A stretch of 61,689 bases of DNA, counting the filler, from Chiloscyllium plagiosum (taxonomy: Eukaryota), in the NCBI RefSeq assembly GCF_004010195.1. It is 3 parts of one record of this genome, joined end to end, with 100 filler letters (N's around TTAATTAATTAA, not from the genome) between each part and the next. Parts side by side here need not be neighbours in the genome. Positions count along the whole stretch, not along the records: positions 19,866 to 47,401 come from NC_057714.1; 2 more parts are not named here. One strand, given 5' to 3'. Within the stretch, counting starts at the first letter, position 1, and the number at the start of each line of letters is the position of its first letter. Of this stretch, positions 24,823 to 38,004 are shown in pieces. Below the pieces are notes generated by a model that saw only the letters and a program-made list of their open reading frames with translations, made no database searches and was not told the origin of the DNA. The position numbers were made by a program, and so were the translations under genes.

Positions 24823-26330
24823 TCTATTTTTAAGGTTTGCACCCATTTATCAAAATGTAAGTCTGACCTGGTTCCTTCTTTATGTCTTCTGAACCACTGT
24901 CTATATGCTTCTAGTACCAATTCATGAGCACTTAAAAGAGCCTGTTTAACCATTTTGTAATCCCTTGACCCCTCATCTGACAGCGTAGCAAATACCTCAT
25001 TAGCTCTGCCTACCAGTTTAGTCTGAACTAGCATTACCCATAAATCCTCAGACCACTCCATCTGCCTAGCCAATTTTTCAAATTAAATAATGAAGGCGTC
25101 AATATCTTTCTCATCAAAATGTGGCAGAGTTTTGACATATTTGTATACATCACTAGCTTCTTTCTTCATCTCCATCCTGTTAACATGACTTTCATGACTA
25201 ATTCACAACTTCTGAAGCTCAAATTCTCTCTCTCCCTTTCTTTTCTCTCCCTTTCTCTTTTTCATTTTGCTCAGCTAAGAATCTTCTCTCTCTGCCTTTA
25301 TCTTCTAACTCCATTTGCCTCAATTGCAACTTAAGTTTTTCTAACTCTACTACACTTGTCTGTTTCTCTGAGTTCTTAACCAACTCCATTACAAGTTCAG
25401 CTTCTCTTTTGCCTTTGTTTGAACCTAATTCTAACCTGGAGAAAGTGAGAACTGCTGATGCTGGAGATCAAAGTCGAGAGTGTGGTGCTGCAAAAGCACA
25501 GCAGGTCAGGCAGCATCCAAGGAGCAGGAGAATCGACATTTCGGGCATAAGCCCTTCATCAGATGCTGCCTGACTGGCTGTGCTTTTCCAGCACCACACT
25601 CTCGATCCCAATTCTAACCTGTCTGCTAACTCTAAAAGTATATCCTTCCTATCTCTCTAAACCTTCTCGGCAAATTTGGGATGCATCTTCAAACCCCAGA
25701 ATCTCTTCTGCAAATATAAGAGCCATTTCTCTCACTTCAAATTTAACCGTCCACAAGAAACTGAAATTAAACAAATTTTCTCACTGAAGTTTTAGTTAAG
25801 GACACTAATTACCAAGTTTTTAAATCTACTGGATCTTCCGTACTCCAAATCTGTTCAAATTTGTCCAAATCCTGGATGATGAGACCTCAAACTGTTGTGA
25901 CAATGAGTTAGAACCCCTCTGTTAATTAAAACCAAACCCCCAGAAAACCTCACCTCGCCTTGTAATCTGTTCAAATGTGAGGGAGTGACAGAGAACTCTG
26001 AATTTCCACTACTTATAGAAAAATAACAAGTTATTTTCCTAATAGAACACTAGACAAAAATTATTAACAAATCCAATCCCCGTTTTTCTTAACTAATTAC
26101 TTTCTGACCCTAACTCTTTCAAAATGCTGTTCCAATAACACAATTATTAACCATTGCACTAACTTAATCTCAATTTCTGTCTTCTTTGCTGTCTTCAGTC
26201 TTCCGTTCGATGATCTCCCTGGGTCATCTTCTTACTTTTTACTGCATTTATACAAAAAGATACCTTTTGATGGAGAGTGTTTCCAAATTTATTTGAGAGC
26301 AAAATGTTAGATGGGCAGTCTTCCACAGCG
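24823..26330 (-). mobile_element. Gmr1-like Gypsy LTR retrotransposon 5' remnant: LTR, degenerate tRNA-Pro PBS, gag (SCAN-related)
   Basis: FDEKDIDAF..FEKLARQMEWSEDLWVMLVQTKLVGRANEVF...DYKMVKQALLSAHEL..EAYRQWFR. LTR end ...tcacaaca at 25893 is followed by a PBS-like tract (25867-25890). Far LTR boundary uncertain. Confidence 0.75.
25439..25609 (-). mobile_element. Fold-back PLE mini-insertion with hammerhead core, 12-bp TSD
   Basis: AATTCTAACCTG at 25427-25438 and 25610-25621; inverted arms; CTGATGA a gggc ttat gccc GAAA tg TC (25531-25562, minus). Confidence 0.85.
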
Positions 26331-27289
26331 CAATCTTCTACAGTGCGATTTTATTTAGCCGTTGTCCATAGCACGATTTTATATAACGTAAGGTTGCTGA
26401 GGGTCACAATTGTCACATTATAGCAGAACAACATGACAATTTATTAACAGACAGGACCATTTCCACTCCAGACAGAAAGAACACAGACATGCACCCTCCA
26501 AACAGACTCCAGCAGATCCATCTTCTCCAGGATAATTAGGGATGGACATTAAAAGCTGGCCCAGTCAGTGAGGCTCACAATTCATATTCAACTAGAATGG
26601 AATGGTATGTTTATATTTCATTTCTATATTGGTTATGGACCTAATTGGCTCGAACAATGTTGTCCACTTCAGTAACAAGTTTTCAAATCTCATTATGTTT
26701 CAAAATATTGACATTTACCAAGACAGTGAGGTTGATAACTCTTAACAATCTGCTGAGACATAAAGCAAACCCTGAACATGGCTTCCTTCAAATCCTTACC
26801 CTGCTGAACCAACTCATCCAGCAACTCCCCTCTAATAACCTGCCTCTTCATCTTGAAGATCACTGAGGAACACAGAACAGGAGGACACCATTCAGCCCCT
26901 CAAGCCTACACCATCTGGGCTGATGATGATCTAATTCAATTACCTGCCTTGAGCCCATATCCCTTCATTCTTTTGCTTAATAAAAATTTATATTTAACTT
27001 CAATAACTGAATTAGTATCAATGTTGTTTGAGGAGTGAGTTCCAAACCTCCAATGCTCCTGTGTGTACAGTGTTTTATTTTTAATTCAGTTATGGGTGTC
27101 TGGCTGGGCCAGCATTTAATGCCTGTCCCTAGTTGCCCTTGAGAAAGTGGGGGATAAGCTGCCTTCTTGAACGACTGCAGTCCATCTGAAATGCATTGTC
27201 TGAACTGAAATGTCACCTCTTGTATACACTGATAAAATCTTTTAGTTACCTCGGAGCATTGAGTTGAAAAAAATTCTGGAATTTGCATT

Positions 27290-27505
27290 TTAATCAATCG
27301 AAACCTACATCTCCCTTCTAACAGATTAAGTGAGGGAGTCAGCCATTTCACATCGGTTGTATGACCCTTTGATCTTTCACTTATAAATTCTATGTCTGAT
27401 GCCTCCTTACCCGGTGCACCTGATGATGGAGCAATGCTTCGAAAGCTAATGTTTTCAAATAAACCTGTTAGACTATAGCCTGGTGTGGTGTGATTTTTGA
27501 CTTAG
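27290..27505 (+). mobile_element. PLE terminal repeat family A with hammerhead core
   Basis: gcac CTGATGA t ggagc aat gcttc GAAA gc TA (27416-27452); homologous to 2150-2445. Confidence 0.75.
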
Positions 27506-27679
27506 TCAATAAAGATTGACTTGGTGATGAGAAACAAAATTATAACCAGGAGAATTAGAATTTTCTGAGTTCAGGGGACTGACTCCAAACTGCCTGGTCC
27601 ACAGCCAGAAGGAAGAAGCTCTACTGGTTGGAGTGCACTGTCAACTCTGTTCTTTTCTGCTGTATAAGCCTCTCTACAG

Positions 27680-28700
27680 ATCAATCTGAGGTGTTGTACC
27701 TTGGAAAGTCAAACCAAGGTAGAACTTGTACAGTAAATGTTAAGATCCTGTGGTGTGTTGTAGGACATAGGAGTACAAATATAAAGCGGTGTCACAGGTA
27801 GACAGGGCGTGAAGAAGGCATTAAGCAGGCTGGCCTTCATTGGTTGAGGCATTAGGAGTTGGGACGTTATGTTACACTTGTATAAGTCATTGGTGAGGCC
27901 ACACCAATTTTGGTCACCGTGTTATAGTAAAGACATAGTTAAATTGGAAAGAGTGCAAAGAAGGTTTACAAGGATATTGCCAGGACTAGTAGGCCTGAGT
28001 TATAGGGAGAGGCTGGCCAGGATAGGACCTTATTCCTTGGAACATAGTGGAATGAGGGGTGGCCTTATTGAGGTTTATAAAATCATGAGGGGCTCAGATA
28101 GGATGATATAAAGCGGTGTCACAGGTAGACAGGGCGTGAAGAAGGCATTAAGCAGGCTGGCCTTCATTGGTTGAGGCATTAGGAGTTGGGACGTTATGTT
28201 ACACTTGTATAAGTCATTGGTGAGGCCACACCAATTTTGGTCACCGTGTTATAGTAAAGACATAGTTAAATTGGAAAGAGTGCAAAGAAGGTTTACAAGG
28301 ATATTGCCAGGACTAGTAGGCCTGAGTTATAGGGAGAGACTGGCCAGGATAGGACCTTATTCCTTGGAACATAGGGGAATGAGAGGTGGCCTTATTGAGG
28401 TGTATAAAATCATGAGGGGCACAGATAGGATGAATACATACAGTCTTTTTCCCAGGGATGGGGAATTGTAAACTCGAGGTAATAGGTTTAAGAAGGCCCT
28501 GAGGGGTAACTTCTTCACCCAGAGAGTGGTGAGTATATGGAATGGGCTGCCAGAGAAAGTGGTCGAGGCAGGTAAATTAGCAACATTTACAAAACACTTG
28601 GATAGGTACATGGATGGGAAGGGTTTAGAGGGATATGGAGCAAATGCGGACCAGTTTGGGCTGAAGGACCTGTTTCCTGTGTTAGTTTATGACTGTATTT
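27680..28700 (+). mobile_element. CR1 3' end with internal 327-bp tandem duplication
   Basis: ORFs at 27869 and 28196 are near-identical, offset 327. Confidence 0.9.
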
Positions 28701-29059
28701 CCACTGTTGCTGCTGCCTGGGCCAACCCAGTTCTGTTGACACATGGCATTCCCACCTCTGCTTTTGCTGTCTAGGCTCTGCCTCAGGTCCCACCTCAGAA
28801 ATGTTGTTGCTACCCGGAGCTCCTTACATGTGGACTGTTGCTGCTCCGGGATTTTTTGAGGGGACAGATGGTCACCGTGATAGGGTCCAACCGGCTCTCG
28901 ACTGCTGAGGTGTTGGGCTATTTGCCATACAGCTGGGTTGGCTTGGAATGACCCTTCCTCAATTCACTCAAGGAGAGGGCAAGGGATTGTTATGCCCCTT
29001 CTCCATCTGCCCAGTAGATGCTTTTAACAGTTTCACTGGTGGTGTTTGCACACTACTGC

Positions 29060-31935
29060 AGACAATGTAGAATACCATAACCAGCCTCAACATCAACAGC
29101 AGCAGGGAATCACAGCGTAAATTCCAGAACTTTGCGGCCCTTCAGAACAGGAAGCTTGCAGTGTGCTTCCTGCAAGAAACTCCCATCTCCTCAGGAGAAA
29201 ATGGGAGGACTACATGAGTTGCCTCACCTGCAGATCTGGTGGGATGGCTATCTTGTCGGACCCACAGTTTCAGCTTGGGGGTCAGGGAGACTGTTCCAGG
29301 CCATTTGTTTGGCGGGGGGTTTGGTCACGGTGCTTCACTTTGTGAACGTCTACGTTCCTGTGTCCAGACCGAGGGAAACGTGTTTCTACGGAGAAGTGTC
29401 TGCTCTTCTCGCCTAAATTGACAAAGGCCTGGACTGATTTGGCATCAGGGAGGAGGTTGAGAGACCTAGTCAAGTCCTTCAATTTGATGGACATCTGGCC
29501 AAATCTCCATCCTGACTCCATCACCTTCCCCTCCACCTCCACATGGCATCCATGCTGGTCCACATGATTCACCCAGACCAGTCCTACACGGTCCCGGGCT
29601 GGAGGATACACAACACCATCCACCTGGTCCAGGACCTGATCCATTTCTGTCGATGGTCTGCTTTGCCGAGCACCTTCCTGTCTCTCATTCAGGAGAAGGC
29701 ATTCGACAGGTCGATCACGAGTACCTGGTCGGGACTCTGCGGGCATTCGGGTTCGAGATACAGTTCGTTGCCCGGATCCGATTTTTGTACGCCGCCGCAG
29801 AGTGTCTGGTTAAAGCTAACGGGTCCCTGACGGCGCCCCTTCGCTTCGGGAGAGGAGTGCGTCAAGGCTGCCCCCTGTCCGGCCAGCTGTATTCCCTGTG
29901 CATGGAGCCTTTCCTGCGCCTCTTGCGGAGGAAGTTGTCGGGGCTGGTTCTGTGCGGCGTGGGCACGGGGGTGGTCCTCTCGACCTACACCGACAACGTG
30001 CTGCTCACTTTCACCGACCCGGCTGACCTGGGGAGGATGCGCGAGTGCCAGGCTATGTACTCGGCAGCGTCTTCCGCCAGGATCAACTGGGCCAAATGTT
30101 CTGGACTACTGGTCGGTCCGTGGTGGGTGGAGTCTCTGCCGGAGGAGTTACGGGGGTTCAGCTGGAGTACCACCCATCTCCTCTACCTGGGGGTCTACCT
30201 CAGCCCGGCTGAGGAATCCTGGCCGGCCAACTGGCAGGAGCTGGAGGCCAAAGTCTCGGCTCGCCTAGGCCGCTGGACAGGACTGCTCAGAGTGCTATCT
30301 TACAGGAGTCGAGTGCTGCTCATAAACCAGGTGGTGGCCGCCATGCTGTGGTACCGGCTGATCACTTTGGTCCCTCCTTCTGGTTTTGTCGCTGACATCC
30401 AGAGAATGTTGATTCACTTCTTCTGGGACAAAAAGACACAATGGGTCGATGCACAGATCCTGAGTCTCCCTATTGAGGAGGGTGGTCAATCGCTGGTGAG
30501 CGTTCGCACCCAGGTAGTGACTATCCAGACCTTTCCATTGAGCATCTTTCTAGATGGTGCATCCTGGCAACGTATTTTTTCCACCAGGTGTGTAACCTCA
30601 ACTACAATCTGCAGTTCTTGTTCATCGACCGAGACGGTTTAGAGGTCACCCTCAGGATGCTGCCTGTCTTTTACCAGGACCTGATCACTGTCTGGGACAT
30701 GGTCGAATTGAGTCACACCTACCCTCCGGCAGGAGTAGCGGCTGTCGTCAAGGAGCCGTTGCTCAGAAATCCACATCACCGTACTTGCGGGTTCAAGTGG
30801 CTGTTGGGGGGGAGGGCCGTGGTGGTCAGTGTGACCAGGGTCGGGATGTGCTGGGTGGCAGAGGCCTGGGATGGACACTGCCACAGAAATTGGCACACAG
30901 GTGTCTCAGACATCTGGTTCGCAGCCACTGCCATCCAATGCAGTTACATTCTCCCCGTGTCTGCGTGGGTTTCCTCCGGGTGCTCCGGTTTCCTCCCACA
31001 GTCCAAAGATGTGCAGGTCAGTTGAATTGGCCATGCTAGATTGCCCGTAGTGTTAGGTAAGGGGTAAATGTAGGGGTATGGGTGGGTTGCGCTTCGGCGG
31101 GTCGGTGTGGACTTGTTGGGCCGAAGGGCCTGTTTCCACACTGTAAGTAATCTAAATCTAAATCTACAGGATGCTCAGGTCTGCGGTGAAATCCCATCTG
31201 CACACACCCCTGCCCAGACGGAATTTCACATTAGCCCCAGGATCCTGTACCTTCAACGAGAACCTGTTCCACACAACCTGAGCCCACATCTGAAATGTTA
31301 CATGCCTTTTAAAGCAGTGAAATGACAAGCCCTGTACAGACTGATGCTGCGCACCATCCACCTCTTCTCTTTCATCCACTGCCCAGACAAACCTTGGCGT
31401 TCCCATTTGCCGCCGGGCGGTGTGGATTCCCAGAGGAGGGCTGTCTGCACAGGGATTGTCTCTCTTTCCTACGAAGATTTGGGTGGAGGATGCTGCAAAC
31501 AGCAGACCCTTGTAACCACAGATTGGGGTGGTTCACAGACTCCCAGCTGAACTGTTTGTTTTGTGGTGCTGTGGAGTCAGTGGATGCGGGCGTCTGCACC
31601 CCCTTTTTAGTTACCTGAAGAACCTCCTCCTGTGTTTCTGGTTGCACGTCAGTCCCACACTCCTGATCTTTGGGCACCTAGTGCAGAGAGGGGAGGGCAG
31701 GTCAGAGGACCTCCTCGTGGGTCTGCTCCTGGGCCTGGCCAAACTGGCCACAAACAGGTCCAGGCAGCGGGCCATGAAGGGGGTCATTACGGCCGATTGC
31801 CTGCCTCCTTCCGCAGTTACTTCCTGAGTATTCCTGAAGAAGGAGCACACGGTCTCCACCAACACTTCTAATGTCGTCAGGGAGATGTGGGCACTGTGGG
31901 GAATGTGGTTCCCTGCCAACTCTATTTTCATTTAA
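29060..31935 (+). mobile_element. Tx1-like (L1 clade) retrotransposon ORF2, internally deleted and inactivated
   Basis: EN motifs SLNIN and CFLQET; RT motifs QEKAFDR/DHEYL and GVRQGCPLSGQLY, with YADD decayed to YTDN (29986-29997); C-terminal CLFCG..ES zinc motif. Confidence 0.88.
30947..31166 (+). mobile_element. HE1-type V-SINE (5'-truncated) inserted in the Tx1 element
   Basis: V-domain plus HER1-like tail. Confidence 0.9.
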
Positions 31936-32089
31936 TCCCTACTACCCCACCTTCACTTCTTGCACATAAGCATTGCTTATTCCGAGCTTTGCTTGTCACT
32001 GGTTCCCTGGCCACATGGGTGTGTTCCTGGTGGTGAAAATGTTGAATAACATTATTGTGCAGTTGTGTTTTTACTGACTCCTGCACTTA

Positions 32090-32182
32090 CACGCAGAAAC
32101 ACAGACACACACATGCACCCATACACACACATAGACACTCACACACGCACACTCTCTCTCTCTTGCACACACACATAGACAC
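32090..32182. repeat. Degenerate (CA)n/(CT)n microsatellite
   Basis: acacacac...ctctctc tract. Confidence 0.8.
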
Positions 32183-33065
32183 GCAGAACATAGAATTTTA
32201 CACCACAGTACAGGCCCTTCAGCCCTTGATGATGGGCCGAGGTAATCTACACCGTTCCATTATTATCGGTATGCATGTCCAATGCCCATTTAAATACGCT
32301 TAACGTCAGCAAGTCTAATACTGTTGCAGGCAGGCCATTCCACACCCCTACTTCTCTCTGAGTGAAGAAACTACCCCCAGTACAGAACATAGAACAATAC
32401 AGAGCAGAACAGGCCCTTCGGCCTTCGATGTTACACCGACCTGTGAACTATTCTCAGCTCGTCCCCGTACACTATCCCATCATCATCCATGTCCTTATCT
32501 AAGGATTGTTTAAATCTCTCTCATGTGGCTGAGTTAACTACATTGGCGGGTAGGGCATTCCACGCCCTTACCACCCGCTGAGTAAAGAACCGACCTCTGA
32601 CATCTGTCTTAAATCTGTCACCCCTCAATTTGTAGTTATGCCCCCTCGTACACACTGACGTCATCATCCTAGGAAAAAGACTCTCTAATCTAATCCTCTG
32701 ATTATCTTGTATGTCTCTATCAAATCCCCTCTTAGTTTCTTCTCTCCAATGAGAACTGACCCAAGTCTCTCAGCCTTTCCTCATAAGACCTTCCCTCCAG
32801 ACCAGGCAACGTCCTGGTAAATCTCCTCTGCCCCTTTTCCAATACTTCCACATCCTTCTCGAAATATAGCGACCAGAACTGTACACAATATTCTACGTGA
32901 GGCCGCACCAGTGTTTTGTATAGTTGCAGCATGATATTGCGGCTCCGGAACTCAATCCCCCTACCAATGCAAGATCCCTCTGCACATCCACACTCCCTAG
33001 AGTCTTTCTATTGACACTGTACTCTGCCATCCTGTTATTCTTCCCAAAGTACATCACTTCACATT
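32183..33065 (-). mobile_element. CR1/HER1 3' ends (two: about 32183-32380 and 32383-33065)
   Basis: Reversed agaacatagaa tails; MLQLYKTLVRPHVEYCVQFWS. Confidence 0.88.
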
Positions 33066-33790
33066 TAGTGTTGCTGAACAAAGAGACCTTGGAGTGCAGG
33101 TTCATAGCTCCTTGAAAGTGGAGTCGCAGGTAGATAGGATAGTGAAGAAGGCGTTTGGTATACTTTCCTTTACTGGTCAGAGTATTGAGTACAGGAGTTG
33201 GGAGGTCATGTTGCGGCTGTACAGGACATTGGTCAGGCCACTGTTGGAATATTGCGTGCAATTCTGGTCTCCTTCCTATCGGAAAGAGGTTGTGAAACTT
33301 GAAAGGGTTCAGAAAAGATTTACAAGGATGTTGCCAGGGTTGGAGGATTTGATCTAAAGGGAGAGGCTGAACAGGCTGGGGCAGTTTTCCCTGGAGCATC
33401 GGAGGCTGAGGGGGTGACCTTGTAGAGGTTTACAAAATTATGAGGGGCATGGATAGGATAAATAGGCAAAGTCTTTTCCCTGGAGTGGGGGAGTCCAGAA
33501 CTAGAGGGCATAGGTTTAGGGTGATAGGGGAAAGATATAAAAGAGGCCTAAGGGGCAACTTTTTCACACAGAGGGTGGTATGTATATGGAATGAGCTGCC
33601 AGAGGAAGTGGTGGAGGCTGGTACAATTGCAACATTTAAGAGGAATTTAGATCTGTATATGAATAGGAAGGGTTTGGAGGGATATGGGCCGGGTATTGGC
33701 AGGTGGGACAAGATTGGGTTGGGATTTCTGGTCGGCATGGACGGATTGGACTGAAGGGTCTGTTTCCATGCTGTACATCTCTATGACTCT
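33066..33790 (+). mobile_element. Younger CR1 3' end inserted antisense into a CR1
   Basis: MLRLYRTLVRPLLEYCVQFWSPSYRK, GNFFTQRVV; tail ctctatgactct; host RT resumes at about 33790. Confidence 0.88.
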
Positions 33791-36700
33791 GTCCAAGTCC
33801 CCCTGCAACCTATAACATTCTTCCACCCTGTCCACTAATCCACCAACTTTAGTGTTATCTGCAAATTTACTAATCCATCCACCTATGCCTTCATCTAAGT
33901 CATTTATAAAAATGACAAAAGCAGTGGTCCCAAAACAAATCCTTGTGGCACACCACTAGTAACTGGAATCCAGGCTGAATATTTTCCACATATCCATATC
34001 TATCCTAAAACTATCAGCCCTCAATTTAAAGCTATGTCTCATTGTGTCAGCCTTCACCATCTGAGGAAAAAGGCTCTCACTGTCCACCCTATCTAAACTT
34101 CTGATTACCTTATACGTCTCAATTAAATCACCTCTCAATCTTCTTCTCTCCAATGAAAACAGCCTCAGTTCCCTCAGCTTTTCCTCATAAGACCTTCCCT
34201 CTATACAAGGCAACACCCTGGAAAATCTCCTCTGAACTCTTTCCAAAGCTTCCATATCCTTCCTATAATGCGGTGACCAGAACTGTATGCAATACTCCAG
34301 GTGCGGCCTTACCAGTGTCTTGTACATCTGAAGCATGACCTCGTGACTCCAAAATTCAATCCCCCAACCAGAAACGCCAACACACTGTATGCCATCTTAA
34401 CAATCCTATCAACCTGGGTGGCAACTTTCAAGGATTTATGCGCCTGGACACCGAGATCTCTCTGTTCATCTACACTGCCAAAGAGTTTACCATTTGCCCA
34501 GCACTCTGCATTCCTGTTACTTCTTCTGAAGTGGATTACCTCACACTTTTCCGCATTAATCTTCATTTGCCACTTCTCAGCCCAGCTCTATGACCCTCTG
34601 TAACCCACAACATCCTTTGGCACTATCCACAACTCTGCCTACCTTCATGTCATCCACAAATTTACTAACCCATCCTTCTACGCCGACATCCAGATCATTT
34701 ATAAAAATGACAAACAGCAGTGGCCCCAAAACAGATCCTTGCGGTACACCACTGATAACTGAGCTCCAGGGTTAACATTTCCCATCAACCACCACCCTCT
34801 GTCTTCTTTCAGTAAGCCAATTTCTGATCCAAACTGCTAAATCACCTCCACCCCAAAACTCCGTATTTTGTGCAATAGCCTACTGTGGGGAACCTTATCA
34901 AACTCCTTACTGAAATCCATATACACCACATCAACCACTTCACCCTCATCCACCTGTTTTGTCACCTTCTAAAAGAACTCAAGAAGGTTTGTGAAACATG
35001 ACCTACCCTTCACCAAACCGTGTTGACTATCTATAATCAAATTATTCCTTTCCAGATGATTATAAATCCTATCTCTTATAACTTTTTCCAACACCTTACC
35101 CACAGCTGAAGTAAAGCTCACTGGTCTATAATTACCAGGGTTGTCCCGACTCCCCTTATTAAACAAAGGGACAACATTTGCTGTCCTCCAGTCTTCTGGC
35201 ACTACTCCTGTTGACAATGATGACATAAAGATCAAAGCCAAAGGCTCGGCAATCTCCTCCCTGGCTTCCCAGAGAATCTGAGGATAAAACCCATCCGGCC
35301 CAGGAGACTTATCTATTTTTAGATCTTCCAAAATTACTAAAACCTCCTCTTTGTCAACATCAATCCCAGCCTATCTTGTTGCCTGTATCTCTGTATTCTC
35401 ACTCATATTGCCCTTTTCCAATGTGGATACTGATGAAAAGTATTCACTTATAGCTTCCCCTATGTCCTCAGATTCCACACACAACTTTCCACTTCTATCT
35501 TTGATTAGCCCTCATCTTACTCTCGTCATTCCTTTATTCCTGATATACCTACAGAAGGCCTTTGGGTTTTCCTTGATCCTATCTGCAAACAACTTCTCAT
35601 GTCCCCTCTGGCTCTTCTTAGCCCTCTCTTTACATCATTTCTGGCTAATTTATAACTCTCAAGCCCTCTATCAGAGCCTTCACGCCTCATCCTCACCAAG
35701 CATCCTTTTTCGTCTTGACAAGACCTTCAATTTCTTTAGTAAACCATGGCTCCCTCTCTCGACAACTACCTCCCTGCCTGACAAGCACATACTTATCAAG
35801 GACCCGCAGCAACTGTTCCTTGAATAAGCTCCACATTTCAAGTGTGCCCATCCCCTGCAGTTTCCTTCCCCATCCTATGCATCTTAAATCTGGCCTAATT
35901 GCATCATAATTGCCTTTCTCCCAGGTATACCTCTGTCGCTGCAGTATATACCTATCCCTACCTATTGCAATTGTAAACGTAACCGAATTATGGTCACTAT
36001 CATCAAGTGCTCACCTATCTCCAAATCTAACACCTGGCCAGGTTCATTTCCTAGTACCAAATCCAAAATGGCATTGCCCCTTATTGGGTCTGTCTACATA
36101 CTGTGTCAGAAAACTCTACTGCACACCTTGAAGAAAAGCTAACCCATCTCGACAGTGGTGTAGTGGCTCAGTAGTTAAAACTGCTACCTCACAGCATCAG
36201 GGCCCTGGGTTCGATTCCAGCCTTGGGTGATTGTCTGTGTGGGGTTTGTACATTCTCCCTGTGTCTGTGTGGGTTTCCTCCCACAATCCAAAGATGTACA
36301 GGTCAGGTGAATTGGCCATGCTAAATTGTCCATCATATTAGGTGCATTAGTTAGAGGCAGATGGGTCTGTGTGAGTTACTCTTCAGAGGGTCGGTGTGGA
36401 CTTGTTGGGCTGAAGGAATCTTAAAATAAAAATCTTTAAAAAAAAATCTGTTTGAACTGGAATATTCCCAGTAATGGGGAAGTTAAAGTCTCCCATAACC
36501 CTGTTACTCTTGCTCCTATCGAGAATCATCTTTGCTATCCTTTCCTCTACATCTCTGGAACAATTCGGAAGCCGATAGAAACCTCCCAACAGGGTGACCT
36601 CTCCTTTCCTGTTTCTAACCTCAGCCCAAACTACGTAAGTGGATGGATGGGCCAAAGGGCTGCTGCAATACTATCCTTGATTAACAATGCCACACCCCAC

Positions 36701-36915
36701 CTGTTTTGCCATCTTCTCTGCTCTTACTGAAATATTGAAATCCCGGAACCTGCAACAACCATTTCTGTCCCTGCTCTATCTATGTCTCTGAAATGGCTAC
36801 AACATCGAAATCTCAGGTACCAACCCATGCTGCAAGTTCACTCACCTTATTCCGAATGCTCCTGGCAGTGAGGTACACGCATTTCAAACCAATATCCTGA
36901 TTGCTGGTGTCCCCT
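33790..36915 (-). mobile_element. CR1 ORF2 remnants, including a near full-length EN+RT copy
   Basis: KSPGPDGFYP, PEDWRTANVVPLF, NYRPVS, GDFNFP, VVAISET (EN). Confidence 0.9.
36152..36415 (+). mobile_element. HE1-type V-SINE nested in CR1
   Basis: tRNA-like head, V-domain with internal deletion, tail. Confidence 0.85.
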
Positions 36916-36974
36916 CGTGACCTTGTAAACCTATCCCTGACCTCACCACCCTCAACCACTTGTACACTGGAACT

Positions 36975-37362
36975 TTAGAACATAGAACACAGAAAAGTAC
37001 AGCACAGACCAGGCCCTCTGGCCCACGATGTTGTGCCGAGGTTTAATCTTAATGTAAAATATAGTAACTTAACCTACACACCCCTCAACTCATTACTATC
37101 CATGTGCATGTCCAGCAGTCGCTTAAATGTCCCCAATGACTCTGCTTCCACCACCACAGCTGGCAACGCATTCCATGCATTCACAACTCACTGCGTAAAG
37201 AACCTACCTCTGACGTCTCCTTTATACCTTTCTCCTACTAGCTTCAAACTAAGGCTCCTCATACCAGTCAATCCTGCCCTGAGGAAAAGTCTCTGGCTAT
37301 TGACTCTATCAATTCCACTCATTATCTTGTATATCTCGATCAGGTCTCCTCTCTTCCTCCTT
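36975..37362 (-). mobile_element. CR1/HER1 3' end
   Basis: Reversed tail agaacatagaacac; GDLIEIYKIM and GRFFTQ motifs. Confidence 0.85.
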
Positions 37363-37400
37363 TGGTTTTCCAGCTACAGGGAAAGTTCACTTCTAATATG

Positions 37401-38002
37401 AGAAAGTGAGGACTGCAGATGCTGGAGATCAGAGCTTAAAATGTGTTGCTGGAAAAGCGCAGCAGGTCAGGCAGCATCAAAGGAGAAGGAGAATCGACGT
37501 TTCGGGCATGAGCCCATCTTCAGGAATGAGTAAAGTGTGTCCAGCAGGCTAAGATAAAAGGTAGGGAGGAGGGACTTGGGGGAGGGGCATTAGGAATGCA
37601 ATAGGTTCCAGGTGTCATGTTGCCATGGTCTGGCGATGGAGGAGTCCAAGGACCTGCATGTCCTTGGTGGAGTGGGAGGGGGAGTTGAAGTGTTGAGTCA
37701 CGGGGTGGTTGGGTTGGTTGGTCCGGGTGTCCCAGAGGTGTTCTCTGAAACTTTCTGCAAGTAGGCGGCCTGTCTGTATAGGAGGCCACATCGGGTGCAG
37801 CAGATGCAGTAAATGATGTGTGTGGAGGTGCAGGTGAATTTCTGATGGATATTGAAGGATTCCTTTGGGGCCTTGGAGGGAAGTGAGGGGGGAGGTGTGG
37901 GCGCAAGTTTTGCATTTTTTGCGGTTGCAGGGGAAGGTGCCGGGAGTGGAGGTTGGGTTGGTGGGGGGTGTGGATCTGACAAGGGAGTCGCGGAGGGAGA
38001 GG
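37401..38002 (-). mobile_element. Penelope-like element 3' part: GIY-YIG region plus pLTR with intact hammerhead core
   Basis: KFTCTSTHIIYCICCTRCGLLY; attc CTGAAGA t gggc tcat gccc GAAA cg TC gatt (37491-37528). Confidence 0.88.
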
Positions 38003-38004
38003 TC

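Noticed and set aside
24175..24846. 223-aa and overlapping ORFs as a novel repeat protein
   Set aside because: Produced by the 49-bp minisatellite; open on both strands, no splice or domain support.
29650..30400. CpG island / promoter
   Set aside because: CpG richness is confined to the Tx1 RT coding region.
29653..30642. 329-aa ORF as a functional or domesticated gene
   Set aside because: Catalytic YADD is mutated, flanks are frameshifted and a SINE interrupts the element.
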